Source: Leucoraja ocellata (taxonomy: Eukaryota). Taken from it: 64,000 nucleotides of DNA. Below, in pieces: positions 38,990 through 52,745 of the stretch. The notes under the pieces are model-generated. The model worked only from the letters and a program-made list of their open reading frames with translations, was not told the DNA's origin and did no database searches. Position numbers and translations under genes: made by a program. Where the stretch lies: contig JAWMAR010000040.1 of assembly GCA_036785375.1 (NCBI GenBank), forward strand, positions 9,982,001-10,046,000, in the 5' to 3' direction. Positions within the stretch are counted from its first letter, which is position 1; each line of letters opens with the position of its first letter.

Positions 38990-40739
38990 CTGAAAAGGAA
39001 ACCCAAGATTGACTAAGCAAAAGTACACACAGCACTTCATGTTTCCCATTTGTAAAAAATCCGTATTGCTTGTCCTTCAGATCTTTTGCTGCTAATAAAA
39101 ACAATATTATCATACGAGACCTGGCAGATTCTCTGGTCGTTTACTGCATAAATTCTCATCAGGAGAAACATGGCTTTAGAGTTTGTGAAAATGTCACAAT
39201 ATTTGGTCATTGGAAAGACATCTGAATGTTCCATCTCAATTCACCCTGCCCAGACAGCTTGTGTGGCCAGTGGTTTGAATGTAGATTGATAGCCTACCAA
39301 CCAATGTTAGTGGAAAATAGAACATTTTAATTGGCAGTTAAATGCTTTCCAAATATTTACAACAAATATTCCAACAAGAAATATTGTGAATGCCACTTTA
39401 TCCACTTAATATCTGCTTCAGAATTTTATTTCAAATATAATTTTATTACAGCAATAGTTGTCAAAATACAAACAGCTCAATAAAGCATCAATTGATAGCA
39501 CTGTGGATGGTGTACAAAGCTTGAATCTGCAAAGCTAAAATTATCAAAGCTAAATCAGAAAATCAGTAGGATTATACTTAAGCATCAAAGAAAAGTACAA
39601 CATGGTCATCTGAAGATGGGTATAAAGGAGGGGAGGTATTAGGGTGATTCAGTTGTACGTTTGAAATTGTTGTTGGAAGTGATTTGTGGAAGAGTTTTTC
39701 CAGGATGGACAGAGAAGAAAGTAAATTGGAAATGAGATTGGGGGATCTGAGTAGAAGAAGATGCAAAAAAATAATGAGAGATGGTATTTACTGTGATTCA
39801 TGCAGAAAGATAAGGGGGTGTCTAAAGCAGGTTTCAGAGGGAGATCTTGGACATCTGCAAGTGGGTAGGTGTAGGGAGAGATTATAGGAATTTAGAAGGG
39901 CAATTAACAAAATGTGATGGGCTGAGATGAAAAGTAACGTTGCCAAGGATGAAAAGTAATTTGAAAGAAGGCAATAGAAAATACTTTTACATTGCATGAA
40001 GATGGGCAGTGGAGAACACGGATGGGAGAACAGCACAACACAAATTGTTCAAAGGTGTGTGAGTAGGAGAGTATGACATGGGGTGTTTTGGTGATAAATA
40101 AAGCCCTTCCTAAATCATGGACTGAGCTTGGAACAATTGCAGTTTCAGATAAAACAAATTAAAATAAAAACTAAAATGGTTTAATGTGCCATTGATCAGT
40201 GCTACCACCCATTGTGTGCTCCTCATTGCTCAGTGTGTTTTTGCCAGGACCATTCAGCAACACACTTCATTTTGGCCTTGGTCCAAACAAGTAACCCACC
40301 CTACATCAGTTTGAAGGCTTTTGGCCCGAAACGTTGCCTATTTCCTTCGCTCCTTAGATGCTGCTGCACCCGCTGAGTTTCTCCAGCACGTTTGTCTACC
40401 TTTGATTTTCCAGCATCTGCAGTTCCTTCTTAAAAAACTGGTCAATGGGCATCAACGGAAAAAAAATTCAGTGGTTGAAATTATGCCTCATGTGAAAGAG
40501 GATGGGTGTGGTCAATGGAGGTTATTCAAACTTTTCACTGTACACTCAGTGTGACATTAATAAACCTAAAACTGAAAATCTGAATGCAGTGTGAGCAGAA
40601 CATTGAGAATCACCGGGATTCCTTCCGATGTTGTCAATGTAACATTAACTTTACGCTCATGATGTGTAAAAGTTTGTTCAAATGAGTAAACATCATGGAT
40701 GGAGAGCAATGGTGACAGCTGATGCCCTGCGAGTCTTTG

Positions 40740-41570
40740 GAGATCGCAGGGAGACGGAGCGGTGTGAAATTGTGGCAATTTTAGGAGAAACTGGCCCACA
40801 GTTTAGGAGAGGGAGGGGTGGGTCTGCCAGGATGGTTCTGTCAAACGGCAGGCAGACGTACAGTGGGCCGAGTGGCCTCAGTCTGAAGAAGACTCTCGAC
40901 GCGGAATTCCTTTTTCTCCAGAGATGCTGCCTGTCCCGCCGAGTTACTCCATCATTTCCCGCAAGTGACCACGTTTCGCCCTTCCCACGGGGGGAGAGCA
41001 GAGACAGGCACAAAGTGAGCTGCCGCCACGGAATCTCTTACCTCGGCTGAGCTGGTTCGCTGGCTGCGTGATGCTGTCCTTGTACCACAGCCCTCTCCCC
41101 GCGTACCAATCTCGGCTGCAAACCGAGTAGATCAAGGCGACGGAGCCGACTGTTCCCGAGATGGTCAGCAGCAACCGGTATCCCAGCTCGTCGCCCTTCA
41201 TCTTGCCGCCGGCTCTGCACCGAGTGAGTGAGTGATGCCCTTAAACGGCGCTTCGTCCTTTCGCTGCCCTGCTCGGCACTGACTGACTGACTGACTGGGG
41301 ACCAGCCCGGCGATGCGTTGGCGCGGCTGGAAAGCCCCGGGGCTCCGGCAGGCGGGGCGGGGTGGGGGGTCCAACGGCCCCGGGGTCACAGCCAGGTCCG
41401 GGGCACGGGTTCTGGGGGCAAATCTTCAAACTGGGCAGAGCGGAGGGGGGGGGGGGCAAGTGAGGCGGAGAATCGCGTCGGAGTGCGGGAGAGGGGGTGG
41501 TCGTGTGATCAAACCCGCTGCAGATCGCGGGACACTCGCACTCGACACAAACACACCGTTGTGCAACCTG
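40740..41570. promoter_or_regulatory. CpG island / promoter of the tetraspan gene
   Basis: Abrupt rise in GC and CpG content against an AT-rich background. GC boxes (GGGGCGGGG ~41354) upstream of the minus-strand ATG. Confidence 0.75.
41042..41201 (-). CDS. Uncharacterised tetraspan (PMP22/EMP/claudin-like) gene, exon 1: MKGDELGYRLLLTISGTVGSVALIYSVCSRDWYAGRGLWYKDSITQPANQLSR
   Basis: ATG in good context (gcaagATGA) inside a CpG island. Donor G|gtaaga, 160 nt. TM1 followed by a W-x4-GLW motif. Confidence 0.85.
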
Positions 41571-42999
41571 GCGGATTTAACAGGGAATTTATTTCTCAAT
41601 GTTATTTCTGGATCAACTTTTCATGTTAGCCGGAAATCAGCTGAACTTTTCCGTCGGAAAAAAAAACCCGTTTCTGGTAAATAGCTCGTTGATTACTAAT
41701 CAAGCAAACAAAACCAAGGCAGCCGAGGATCTTGTTGGTTGGCACGCTCCCCCTCCCCCCAAATACACTCTATTCAGAATGAAACATGTATACAAAACAT
41801 TTACAAGAACCTCTTCCTACATTCACAGCGTCTAAACAGTGTTAGATGTGGTGGCGTTCACAAACTATCCTTAAACTTTCTTGTGGCCTCCTGAGGCGAT
41901 GTCTCTTCCCTTGTTTGAGGGGTGTCTCCACTAGACCCTACCCCTCAATGTCTCTAAGCTGTGGTCCTCTCCCACAGAGCCTTGTCCTTGGCTGCACCAA
42001 GCTTCAGTGTGCTCCTTAGCAGGTAACTCCTACAGTCTAGAATGGGCAACATTCCCTGAACGATATCTCGCTCTGCTGGGAGGCCAACAAGTTTTCGGCA
42101 GACCAAAGAGCTGATGATCTCTTCTGAGCACAGCATATTGATGTAACCACAAATAAAGGTCACCAACACTTGTACTTCCTCGGATGTTTGAGAAGATTCG
42201 TCATGCCACTGAATACTCAATCAAAAATCAACAGGTGTATGTTTCAAGAGTGTAGGGCTGGTTGTATTACAGCCTGGTTGGGTAATGCCAGTGCTCAGGA
42301 GTGAAGAAGGCTGCAGGAAGTGATGGAAGTTGTGGGTACATCATGGGCGCACCTCCCCACCATTGAAGGGAGCTACATGATGTATAATCATGAAAGAGCC
42401 ACAACACCATGGCCACGCGCTCTTCTTGTTGCTACTGTCGGTGAGAAAGTACAAGAACCTGAAAACTGATACCTCCAAATGTGAGAACAGCTTCTTCCCA
42501 TCAGGTTCTTGAACCCGCCCTGCACAACCCTAATCATAACCCTACCTGAGCACTAAACTACAATGGATTTTCACTACTATGTATGCTCCATGTACTTTGT
42601 TTTTGGCACTATCATTGTCTGGATTACATAGAAAAACTGATAATTTATTGTGTATTTATTGGTTGCTTTGAAAGTGCCAGTAAAAGCTACAGCGGGTAAG
42701 ATTTTTGTTACATGGTTCAAATCTGGTGCAAATGCAAATAAACACTCTTGATACGCTCATGAAACATCTCTATCTTTGTTGCAGGTGCCTCATATTTTAA
42801 ATTGACCGCATGCCCAGGTCATAGGTCACTCGCCATAAACATTGTTGGTGGCTCAGCAGCTGAACCTTCGTTTCATCCGTATTTTCCAGCTTTGATTTGT
42901 CTAGGTAAGAAACTATTGCTTTCAAACTATGAACTAGTTGTATTTATTGTTCCTTTGTACAAAGCTACGATGATTCTGTCGTTTTTATTGCTTTATGCT

Positions 43000-43680
43000 T
43001 CGGTGAGTGAGCGAGATCGTGCTGCTCCGTGGGGTCGGGATCGGGTCCTGGGTCTCCGGCGCTGTGGGCGCTGTTATGTTGCTGCTAGGCCGTCCCTTCC
43101 CTGTCCGGGGGTGACCGGAGGTGTCCGGGTGGCCCTGGGCTGGCGCGGTGCCGGTCCGGGTTTGCAGCCGGCGCTGGCTCCAGCTCTGCTCTGCTCCGTC
43201 TCCCATGGGGGCCATTGCCCGGTGGGCCGGGGACCGTCGGCTGCGCCACTCTCCTTGTCCAGTGGCTGACTGTTGGCCCCCTCGGTGCCGGCGGGGCTGA
43301 GCGCCGGTCATCGGCTGGGATGCACACGGGCTGCTGCGGTGGCTCGGCAGGTCAGGCAACATCTCTGGACCTGAAACGTCGCCCGTTCCATTTCTCCGGG
43401 GATGCTGCCAGTCCAGCTGATGTGCTGCAGCGCTTTGTGTGTATCCCCGTTGATGGCTGGTGTTCGGCTTTCACCGGTAGTGGGGGCCCGCAGCTGCTCG
43501 GTGGGGCGGCGGGTGCGGCTGGCGATCCCCGGCCCGTCAGGGAGCGGGTTGGGCTGGGGTTGGCGCGCCTTCTCCGTGCTGGCTGTGGGCCTGTGGGCCG
43601 CTGCTCCGGGCCGGTATCCCGTCGGTCCAGGGTTGCCCCGGACGTCACCGGCCGCCCTCCGAATCCTCAAGACGTGAATA
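43000..43680. promoter_or_regulatory. Second CpG island with no assignable gene
   Basis: Very GC- and CpG-rich ~680 bp stretch. The overlapping ORFs are low-complexity and unrecognisable. Confidence 0.6.
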
Positions 43681-45086
43681 GATTTTACAAATGATAAACA
43701 TTACATGACACCCATCTGAAAGTACTGTAAACATGTAGGCTGCCTGCCATGATTCACCGCTGTGGCCTCGTTTAGAAGTAAGTTACTATTGCTGATATAG
43801 AGTGATATAATTATTTCCAATCTGTGAGGTCCTTCCCTCGTCAATGGTCAATGATCCACATCCAGGAAAATTGCAGGTAGGCACAGAATCCTCAGCAAAA
43901 TGTGAACTACTCCAATTCTCAAGACCAAGCAGTCTTCTTCATATTTACCAAAAGCAGGGAAGTGTGCTTTAATACAATGTTCTTCCTGTTTAATTGATTT
44001 CCGCTCTGAGCATCATTGATCCTTGATGCCTTCTCTCCACTTCTTCTCGAAGAACCTCAATGAAGTAAAGATGAAGTGTAGGGCATGTCTTTATTAGGAC
44101 CGTGTTAGTACAGCAGACCGCAGACATGCCTAGCGTTGCTGTGGTTTGGGGGACTTGAGCTGTTTTGAGGGCCAGAAGCTTGATGTCATTTGGGATATGA
44201 ATTGCCAACAGAGGTGGATATAACAGCACTAATGATTATTTGTATCTAATTAGCATTGGAAGTCGAGTATTGGGGGCTCAAAATACACAGATAAAATATT
44301 CATCAATGGAGTCTGAAGAAGGTATCCGTCCCAAAATGTCAACTATTCATGTTCTCCAGAGATGCTGCTCAACCTGCTGCATTACTCCAGCACTTTGTGT
44401 CATTTTTTTGTAAACCAACATCTGCAGTTTCTTATTTCTTTGCAGATGTACTGTATCCAAGCAGTACCAACATGAAGAGAACAGTGTGCAGCATGGACCT
44501 AGTGCTTTTATTCTGGTGAAAATCTATTTCTAGGCTGTGATGTTCAGCATTTTTTTCAGCAACCTCTTGGCTCCTGTGTTGTACAGGAAATGCTGTGACC
44601 TGAAGCAGCATTCCATTTCGTTGAGCTACTTTGTAATTCAGCTTATGATGAAAGCAGTGGTCGTGAATAATTGATGAAAGCACAGGAACATTAAGTGAGT
44701 TTACATGCTGACAAGCACTCAAAATCACAGACTCCTCTCCATTGTAACAGTAGTATTGAAGCCAATTATTTCTATTGCTTCTTCACTCTGCTCATTTGGC
44801 AGTAGTCAGAAATTCCTTGGCACCGTGACTGAAGGAGTTTCCAGAATCTCCATTCAGAGTCAGTCCTAATTCCTATAATGGATATTAGTAATGGTATAGG
44901 TCAGAAGAAGTCAAAGGCATGGAATTTGATGCTGAATTGTGCCAAGTGACTAATTCTGGACACGTTTAAAAAAAAAATGTTTTTCCTTGCGTCATAGGAG
45001 GTTATTCAGTCCATCAAGTTGATGCTATCTTCCAGAGTAATCTCATCAATTCCATATCTCCTGTTATTTTCCTGTAACTTACTCTC

Positions 45087-45326
45087 TTACACAGAGAGTT
45101 GCGAATCTCTGGAATTCTCTGCTACAGAAGGTAGTTGAGGCCAGTTCATTGGGTATATTTAAGAGGGAGTTAGATGTTGCCCTTGTGGCTAAGGGGATCA
45201 GGGGGTATAGAGAGAAGGCAGGTACGGGATACTGAGTTGGATGATCAGCCATGATCATATTGAATTGCGGTGCAGTCTCGAAGGGCTGAATGGCCTACTC
45301 CTGCACCTAATTTCTATGTTTCTATG
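45087..45326 (+). mobile_element. CR1 3' end
   Basis: Same family as 16777-17020, with tttctatgtttctatg tail. Confidence 0.85.
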
Positions 45327-48300
45327 TTACACGTCCATCAAATCCACCCACATCCATAGGAACAATTCACAGCATCCAATGAACAGATCTGCCAGCATGC
45401 CATTGCTGACCTGCCAGGTCTGAAGAAGTGTCTCAACCCAAAACGTCACTCATTCCTTCTCTCCAGAGATTCTGCCTGTCCCGCTGAGTTACTCCAGCTT
45501 TTTGTGTCTATCTTTGGTTTAAACCAGCATCTGCAGTTCCTTCCTGCACAGCATGTCTTTGTGATATGGTAGGAAAACAGAGTACTCAAGGTGAACCCAT
45601 ACAATCACAGGGAGAATGTGCAAACCCACAGACAGAACTGGAAGTCAGGAGCATGGAGCATGTGCCACTGCAACTCTAGGTTGCACTATTGTGCTGTCTT
45701 ATGGAACAATTTGATTTCTCAAAGGTTCAAGGATCAGGGACAGGTCACTTGGTTCACAAAGTCTTCACTGCCATTCACTAATATCCAATCATGCCCACAA
45801 TATTATTTACCCACTCTTCCCCTCTACATTTTGACTCCATTGTAGTTCAAATATCAGTCAGTCTCTGCCTAAAATATATTCCATGATTTTTCCTTCACAG
45901 CTCGCTAGGGTAGGGAATTCATCTTATATTCATTTTAAATGGTAGACCTCTAATTTTGAAACTAGTTCTAGATAAACCATCCTCTTAGCATCCATCCTGT
46001 CAATCCCCTCAGAATTGCATGTTCTTATGAATTCTTATGAACACCACCTCTTATTCTATCAAACATCCATCGAGTGTCGGCACAACCTGCCCAACCTTGC
46101 ACATGTGTCAACCCCTTCATCCCAGGAATCAACTCAGTGAACCTTCTCTGCTCAGTCTTCAATACAAGTACAGTATATCCATCTGTCCCTTAACAGCAAG
46201 ACCAAGAAATTATTATTGACTGAAGGAAGTGATAGGTTGAGCACAACCCTGTCCTCATCAACAGAGCAGTTGTAGAGATGGTCAACAGCTTCAAATTGCT
46301 AGGCATCCATATCGGTAGCAACCTAACCTGGTATCTTCACATTGATGCAATGATGAAGATAGTGCATCAATGTATTTACTTTCTTAGACACATGTGAAGA
46401 TTCAGCATGTACTTGTTGACTCTCTCAAACATCGACAGATATACTATAGAAAGCATTCCAATGTATGCATCTCATCCTGGTTTTGCTACTGCTCTTCTCT
46501 TGCCTACTTGAACCTGCAGAATGTGAACACAGGCCTGTCCATCACAGGCTGATGACATCCTTCAATCCAGTCCATCTTCACGGTGCATTGCTTCTAGAAG
46601 GCTGGAAATATCATCAAAGTTTTCTGGCCATTCCTTTTCTCCCTTCTAACCAATCACCTCTTGTCCACCCCATTCCCAGAGGTGATGTCATGGACTCTTA
46701 CTCTTAATTCTCATTTGGTTATTTCATTGTTTTGCTGTGAATTTGCACTACATCAGATTACATTACAATCTAGCACTATTCTCCTATTTTGCAACTAATG
46801 TTATGCTTAGTGTTGTATTTATCATCACTATATGAATACTGTTTACTCTCTGCACTGCCTGTAAACAAGGAATTTCTTTGCACCCTGGTGTGCATGACAA
46901 TAACCAACTGAGTTCTGAAATCTGAAATGTAAATTAGTGGTGACAAGAACAGCTCAAAGACAAGCTATGCTGTAGCAAATGACTCATGTCTGCCTCATCA
47001 AAGCCAAAATCGCTTGTCAGAAATTGAATGGGATATTCTTCAATTGCTGGGATGAATAACACTCAAATAAGTCCAGGAAACTCACTTAATTGGTACCCAG
47101 TCCACCAGTCAATTCATTAGAAACAATGAACTGCAGATGCTAGCTTGCAAAAAAAGACACAAAGTGCTGGAGTAACTCCAAAGTGCTGGAGTGGGTCATG
47201 GAGCGTCCCTGGAGAACAGGGATAAGTGATGTTTCGGGTCAGGACCTTTCTTCAGACCACCAGTTGAGTCGTTCCGTCCCTCTGTTACTAGCATCCAGTC
47301 AGTTCATACTGCCTACAAAATATACTTCAGGTCTGTGTTTATGTCACCTCAACAACACTTCCAAACGTGTGTCTGCCATCAAAAAGATCAAAGGCAGCAG
47401 GGACATGGGAACACCAAGTCAAACATCTTCTTCATTTGGAACTATGTAATCATTCCTTCATCAGCTCATGGTCTTAATCCAGGTACTCCTGACCCCATCA
47501 GCACTATGGGAGTATCATCAGCAGGGGGGCTGCAGCTGTTCAAGAAAACATATTACCATCATCTTCTCATATGCAAGTAAGGGCAAGAATTCCAACTCCA
47601 GTGATGCACAGAGGGAACATTGGCTAGTTGGAAGTGCAGACATTTTAGTTTAATCTGCTTTTAAACCAAAGTCCTGTGTGTTCTCATAAAAGTTCCCATT
47701 GCGTTTTTCTTGAAGGAAAGCAGATACAGTGTCTCCGGTAACCCGATTAATATTATGCCTTATTCAGCACAATAAAATAATCAAGTCATTATTTCATTGT
47801 AGCTAATAGATGTGTTCTGTGCACAAAGTAACAGCTATTCATCCTACAACTGCACTGCAAAGGTATTTTTTGGCTGAGAAGTTCTTTTGAGTGTACCAAG
47901 TAGAAGTGTTTCATTTCTAACAATTGCTTCTGGAGGAACAGAGAGTAATCAACAGAAATTGTTGTCCCTTGTTGGCCTCTCTAATAAATTATACAGGCAA
48001 ACTCCACCTAATGATTAAGTCTTTAAATTATAACTCATCCATGTTTGGAAAGAAGCAAGACCAACAACACTGAGGCAGTCAAGAGGTTAAAAAAATATTA
48101 AAGTTGTGCATCTTTCACTAGACATACTTGACTCAGCCTGCACTGCAGGCATAGGGATGATATCTAAAAGAAGGCATGACTACCTTTTCAGAACCTTTTA
48201 CTAGTTTTTTTTAATATAGCATATTACATCAAACAAACATATGGCCTTTCATTACCAACATTTTAATAAATGTGGTGAAAATGTAATCCAGTAACAGGGG

Positions 48301-49398
48301 TGTCAATGAGCCAGAGATAGACACAAAAAGCTGGAGTAACTCAACGGGACAGGCAGCATCTCTGGAGAGAAGGAATGGGTGACATTTTGGGTCGAGACCC
48401 TTCTTCAGAAGTGTCAATTGGCCAGTCTGCCTCTGCAGGTCCAGCTACATATGCAAGTGAATTTTCCATCACAATCTTGGCCTTAACCTGGCCATCCAAC
48501 AGTTCTCAGCAGGTAAACAGCTGTTGCTGCATCTCGCCTTTATACCCGTCTTGCTGAGATAACCATGTGTTAACATGGCAGATGCAACTGAGTTGGCCAG
48601 CAGCAACTTTAAATTAGACTGTTGTACCATTCATTATTTAGTTAGACCTCGTTTGTACTTCTATGGTGTTAACAGACTCGTTATCCCAAGCCTGGATGCT
48701 GTCCAGGTTGCATGCGGTTTCATTAACAGAAAGGCTGTGAATAGAGCTACACTGTGAAATCAACAGAAAAAAAACATTATTCTGGAGTTTACAATGAAGG
48801 AAGTTAATTAATGAAGCTGCTACACACAGCTAGATTGGGTATGCTGCCTCCACAGAACTCATTGGTTGCCAATAATTGCCGACCGACAACCATAGAGGGG
48901 TTGCAAAGGTTGATGTGAGGGGGTGCTGAAGATGATGGCAGGGAGAGGGGTTCTCCTTGACCCTGTTGACATTTTTCACTCGGGTTAACACATTGTACTC
49001 TGGCTTGATACTGTACCATAGCACATTGTGCGCTGACTTGATACTGGGGATAATTATTCAGATCTCCATTGGGTTTTTCAATCCTTATATCCATGTCTGT
49101 TTTTGAAGGCTATGAGGAGGTTTGGAACAAAATTATTCCGTCAAAACCCAAACTAAGGAATTCTTCAATATAATTATGCAGTGCTTTTTTTCCCCAATAA
49201 CTACGAAGATATTAAATTTCACTCTCTTTAATAAAGCTGTAGAAGTTAATAGCTCGCAGTAAATCACGTATAACGTCACAGCTTATATTGATAAAATATC
49301 TGTACAAGTTCTTAACATTTACAGTCTCTTACAAATGCATAAATTCACATATACACAGTGATTACAAAACTCAGCATTGAAGGATATCTGGAGTAATT

Positions 49399-49618
49399 CT
49401 AGATCATTCCATTGAGTTTAGTCCATTCATAAATATCTTGTTCACAGACAATGTCTGAGTTGATGAGTAGGTATCTATCTCCCACACAGAAATGTTTTTG
49501 ACATGCAGCACATTTGAAACACTCCAGGTGATAAACCTTATCCTTTACTCGCATTGTCATTTCATAGGCTCTGATTCGTTTATCACAGGCAGAGCAAAGT
49601 CCATCTTGGCCAAATAAC
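49399..49618 (-). CDS. LMO2: LMO2 terminal exon encoding LIM2
   Basis: [72 protein letters not shown]. The three exons sum to 477 nt, or 158 aa. Confidence 0.98.
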
Positions 49619-50164
49619 CTAAGGTGGAGAGATAAGATGTTAGTATGAAGCAGAAATAATGGTGAAGAATACAAATTAAATTAGTATCAAGTATATACCT
49701 ATTGATCAACGTTGTTTAACAGGGTTAAAGGAGCACAGTAGGTTTCTCACTAAAGCACACAGGCTGCAAGAGTCCCAAGTTAAGCCAAGGATTCTAGGCT
49801 GCAGAATGGACATTGGGTCTGGCGATAGTTTCTGTACATCAGGAGTATCTAGGCCTTGGGTCACTTGGAAAAGTTCAATTCATATTTCCAAGAATTTGCC
49901 CCTCTCTCATTCTGCAGATATCTGAGGCTGTGATTTTGGATTTATCAATAGATGAGACCACAGCACAAAACACCCTGACCAAATTTCCAGGCCACATTTC
50001 CAGCACAGGTAAGGTGGCAAAAATGGGAGAAGTTCAAATGCAAAACCTAGTTAGTTTACTCACATACTTTATACATCTTGATTTAAGATCATAAGAAAAA
50101 AAACATGGAATCGCACCCTCTGATGAACAAAATTCAGAATATATTCTGTGATTGCTTGAAAGAT

Positions 50165-50462
50165 ACAGCATGGAACCAGGCCCTTCAGCCCACTGAGTCC
50201 ATGCCGACCATCATTCACCCATTCATACTAGTTCTACATCCAATCCCTACACACACACACACAGTGGGTGCAATTTACAGAGACCAGTTAACATGCAAAC
50301 CTGCATGCCTTTGGGATGTGAGAAGTAACTAGAGCACTTGGAGGAAACCCATGCTGTCACAGGGAGAACATGCAAACCCTGCATAGACAACATCCAAGAT
50401 CACGATCAAATCTGGTTTTCTGGCTTTGTGAGTCAACGGCACCGCCAATTGTGCCACTGTGC
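50165..50462 (-). mobile_element. V-SINE copy
   Basis: Reverse complement of the V-domain (gaaacccatgctgtcacagggagaacatgcaaac) and tRNA-like head. Confidence 0.65.
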
Positions 50463-51582
50463 TTAGTGGGGCTTTGGATGTAGATGCCAACATTTAATGA
50501 GCTACATGAAAATAAGCCTCAGATGCGTTGGAAGTAATTTCAGAGACCCGAAAAGTGATAAAAGCTCTAGGATGAAGAATGGCCTATACGTCACCTGGAT
50601 TCAAAAAGGAGAAGAAAGCTAATTCAGGTAAACATTGGCCAGTTCAAATGTGATAGATAACATTTTGCAATTGATGACAAGATGGTGAAGTGATCAAGAT
50701 CCCCAAAAAGATGCATTTTTCAGAAAGGGACATTGTGCTTGACAAGAATTCCCAGGGAAGGTGATGGATATTGTGGGAAATTTCAAGAAAGATTCAGTTG
50801 AGAAAGATTCACTCAAGGCATCAATGATCAAGACTAAAGGTTATGGAATTAAAAGATAATTCCATGTATTGAAAAAGCCAAAAAGTTAGAAAAGAAGACA
50901 AAGGAACATGAGTTACATGTAACTTCTCTCTATTGTGATTTGAGTGATTTGGAAGTGGATAAAGTTATTTTCTGATGTAAATTCTATTCATCCATTTTTT
51001 GAATAAGAGTTAGAGTGTTCAACAAAGATACAGACCAAACTGGAATAGGCAACTCTGACGACCAATGGAAGTTACTGAAAATATTGGTAAGCTCCAGTAC
51101 CATTCAGATGGCTCCGATACTGAACTGTACTGTACTGTACTGAACTGAAACTGTAAATCATTCACAACAGGAACAATGTTGGACAATGTTGATGCTTAGA
51201 ATGAAAGGGAAACGGAATGTTAATAACTGCATTGGTCCAGGAATGAAAACTCAACCATTTAATGCTTATACCATTTCCAATGACCCCACTATGGTCAACA
51301 TCATGAGGATCACACTGACCACAAACTCACAAATTGCACATACCAGATGCAGAGTTTTCACTCCTGAAGAGGTGTAGGCACTCCAATCATTAGATTGTGC
51401 CAGCACAACTCAAAATGTAATTTATTTGGCCTTTTATAGGAATGACGATCACCACACGAGTTTAAACCTTCAAGGGTTTGCATGTTTTTTTTATTCAGCA
51501 GCAAAGAAAATGAAAAGTCCCTTTGCTATCGGCACAGAAGCTTAAATATATTAAGAATTAAAATTCAAAGAGAGCTGCATAC

Positions 51583-51798
51583 CTGAGATAATCCCTGCGG
51601 CAAAGCTTTCTGCCAAGTTTGTAGTACAGTCTCCTCCCCACTTCTCCCAGTCTACAGCCGCACAGGTCACAGCTCAGACAATCTTCATGCCAATACAGAT
51701 CAATGGCTTTCAGGAAATAACGATCTCCAATATTCTGCTGACAACCGCCACATGTTAATAACGATGGAGGCATCTGCAGCACCTCATCCACTGTTTCC
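51583..51798 (-). CDS. LMO2: LMO2 exon encoding LIM1
   Basis: [72 protein letters not shown] boundaries, 216 nt. Confidence 0.98.
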
Positions 51799-52647
51799 CT
51801 GTAAAGAAGCAATTGATATTTGGTAAAGTTTATATTAATTTACAATAATATTTGTACAATATATCTATTTTTCTCCAATTTATTTTCTCAGGAAGTGACT
51901 TCTGAATATTTTAGGGTTTCTTTGCTCTGCATTTACCCCACATAGGTGGTGGTGGGAAAGAAATTCCAAATAATGAGAGGGAAAAACAAAATGCCGGCAG
52001 TCCCCGGGTTTTGAAAAGGTTCCTTTCCTAAGAACTGTTTGTAACCCAGATTTCATGATGAACATAAACAGAGTCTGAGAGAGTGCCATAGAAACAGCAG
52101 GCATGGGAAGAGCAGTCACCAGCCAGACAGCCTCACTGACTCAGTGTGTGAGCGAGTATCTGTTCAGCTCAAACCACCCCTCAAATTAAGCAGCTCGTCA
52201 ATATGTACATTTGTCCATAGGTCGGCCATTTGCAACCAGAAGAGGGCTTGTATGTACACAGCTAATCATCCCAATTTATGGGGGGGGGGGGGGGGTAGAT
52301 AACTTAAGAGAAATAGCAGCGTAACACCTGAAGGCATTCATTGCAGAATGGTTGTGCAGTTGGTAAATGCCAAGATAACAATCGTGACGTTCACTTTTTA
52401 AGAAGAAAGGACTTTTAATGCTCAGATATTAAAGTGGTAGGAATGTGTTTTTAATGGTCAACACTACATGTATGTTGTTCTATTATTGGCTGCCCAGTAT
52501 TTTGATGCATTAACGTTTTGGAGGAATATAAGAGATATTATTTCCACAGAAACTTAAAAGGAAATGCTAGAAGAATATTTCACATAGTAGTTGAAATAAC
52601 CTGACACAAGAATAAGCTGAGACAACAATGTATATACAATGTAAATA

Positions 52648-52745
52648 TGTCTGAAGAAGGGTCTTGACCCGAAACATCGCCCTTTCCTTCTCTCCAGGGA
52701 TGCTGCTTGTCCCGCTGAATTACTCCAGCTTTTTGTGTCTATCTT
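52648..52745 (+). mobile_element. Short Penelope pLTR insertion with hammerhead core
   Basis: 11-bp TSD CAATGTAAATA (52637-52647 and 52746-52756). CTGAAGA-AGGGTC-TT-GACCC-GAAA. Confidence 0.8.

Noticed and set aside
39245-39293. Possible extra exon of the tetraspan gene (CTAAC branch point, tag|...|gtgaat)
   Set aside because: It is 49 nt and would shift the frame, and the polypyrimidine tract is weak. The 3-exon model is already in phase.
42802-43694. Multiple overlapping long ORFs on both strands
   Set aside because: Expected from stop-codon scarcity in GC-rich DNA. The P/G/R/A-rich translations show no recognisable domain.
44470-44520. MKRTVCSMDLVLLF as a possible CD59/Ly6 signal-peptide exon
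   Set aside because: Wrong phase for a Ly6 leader exon and no downstream cysteine-patterned LU domain exon found.
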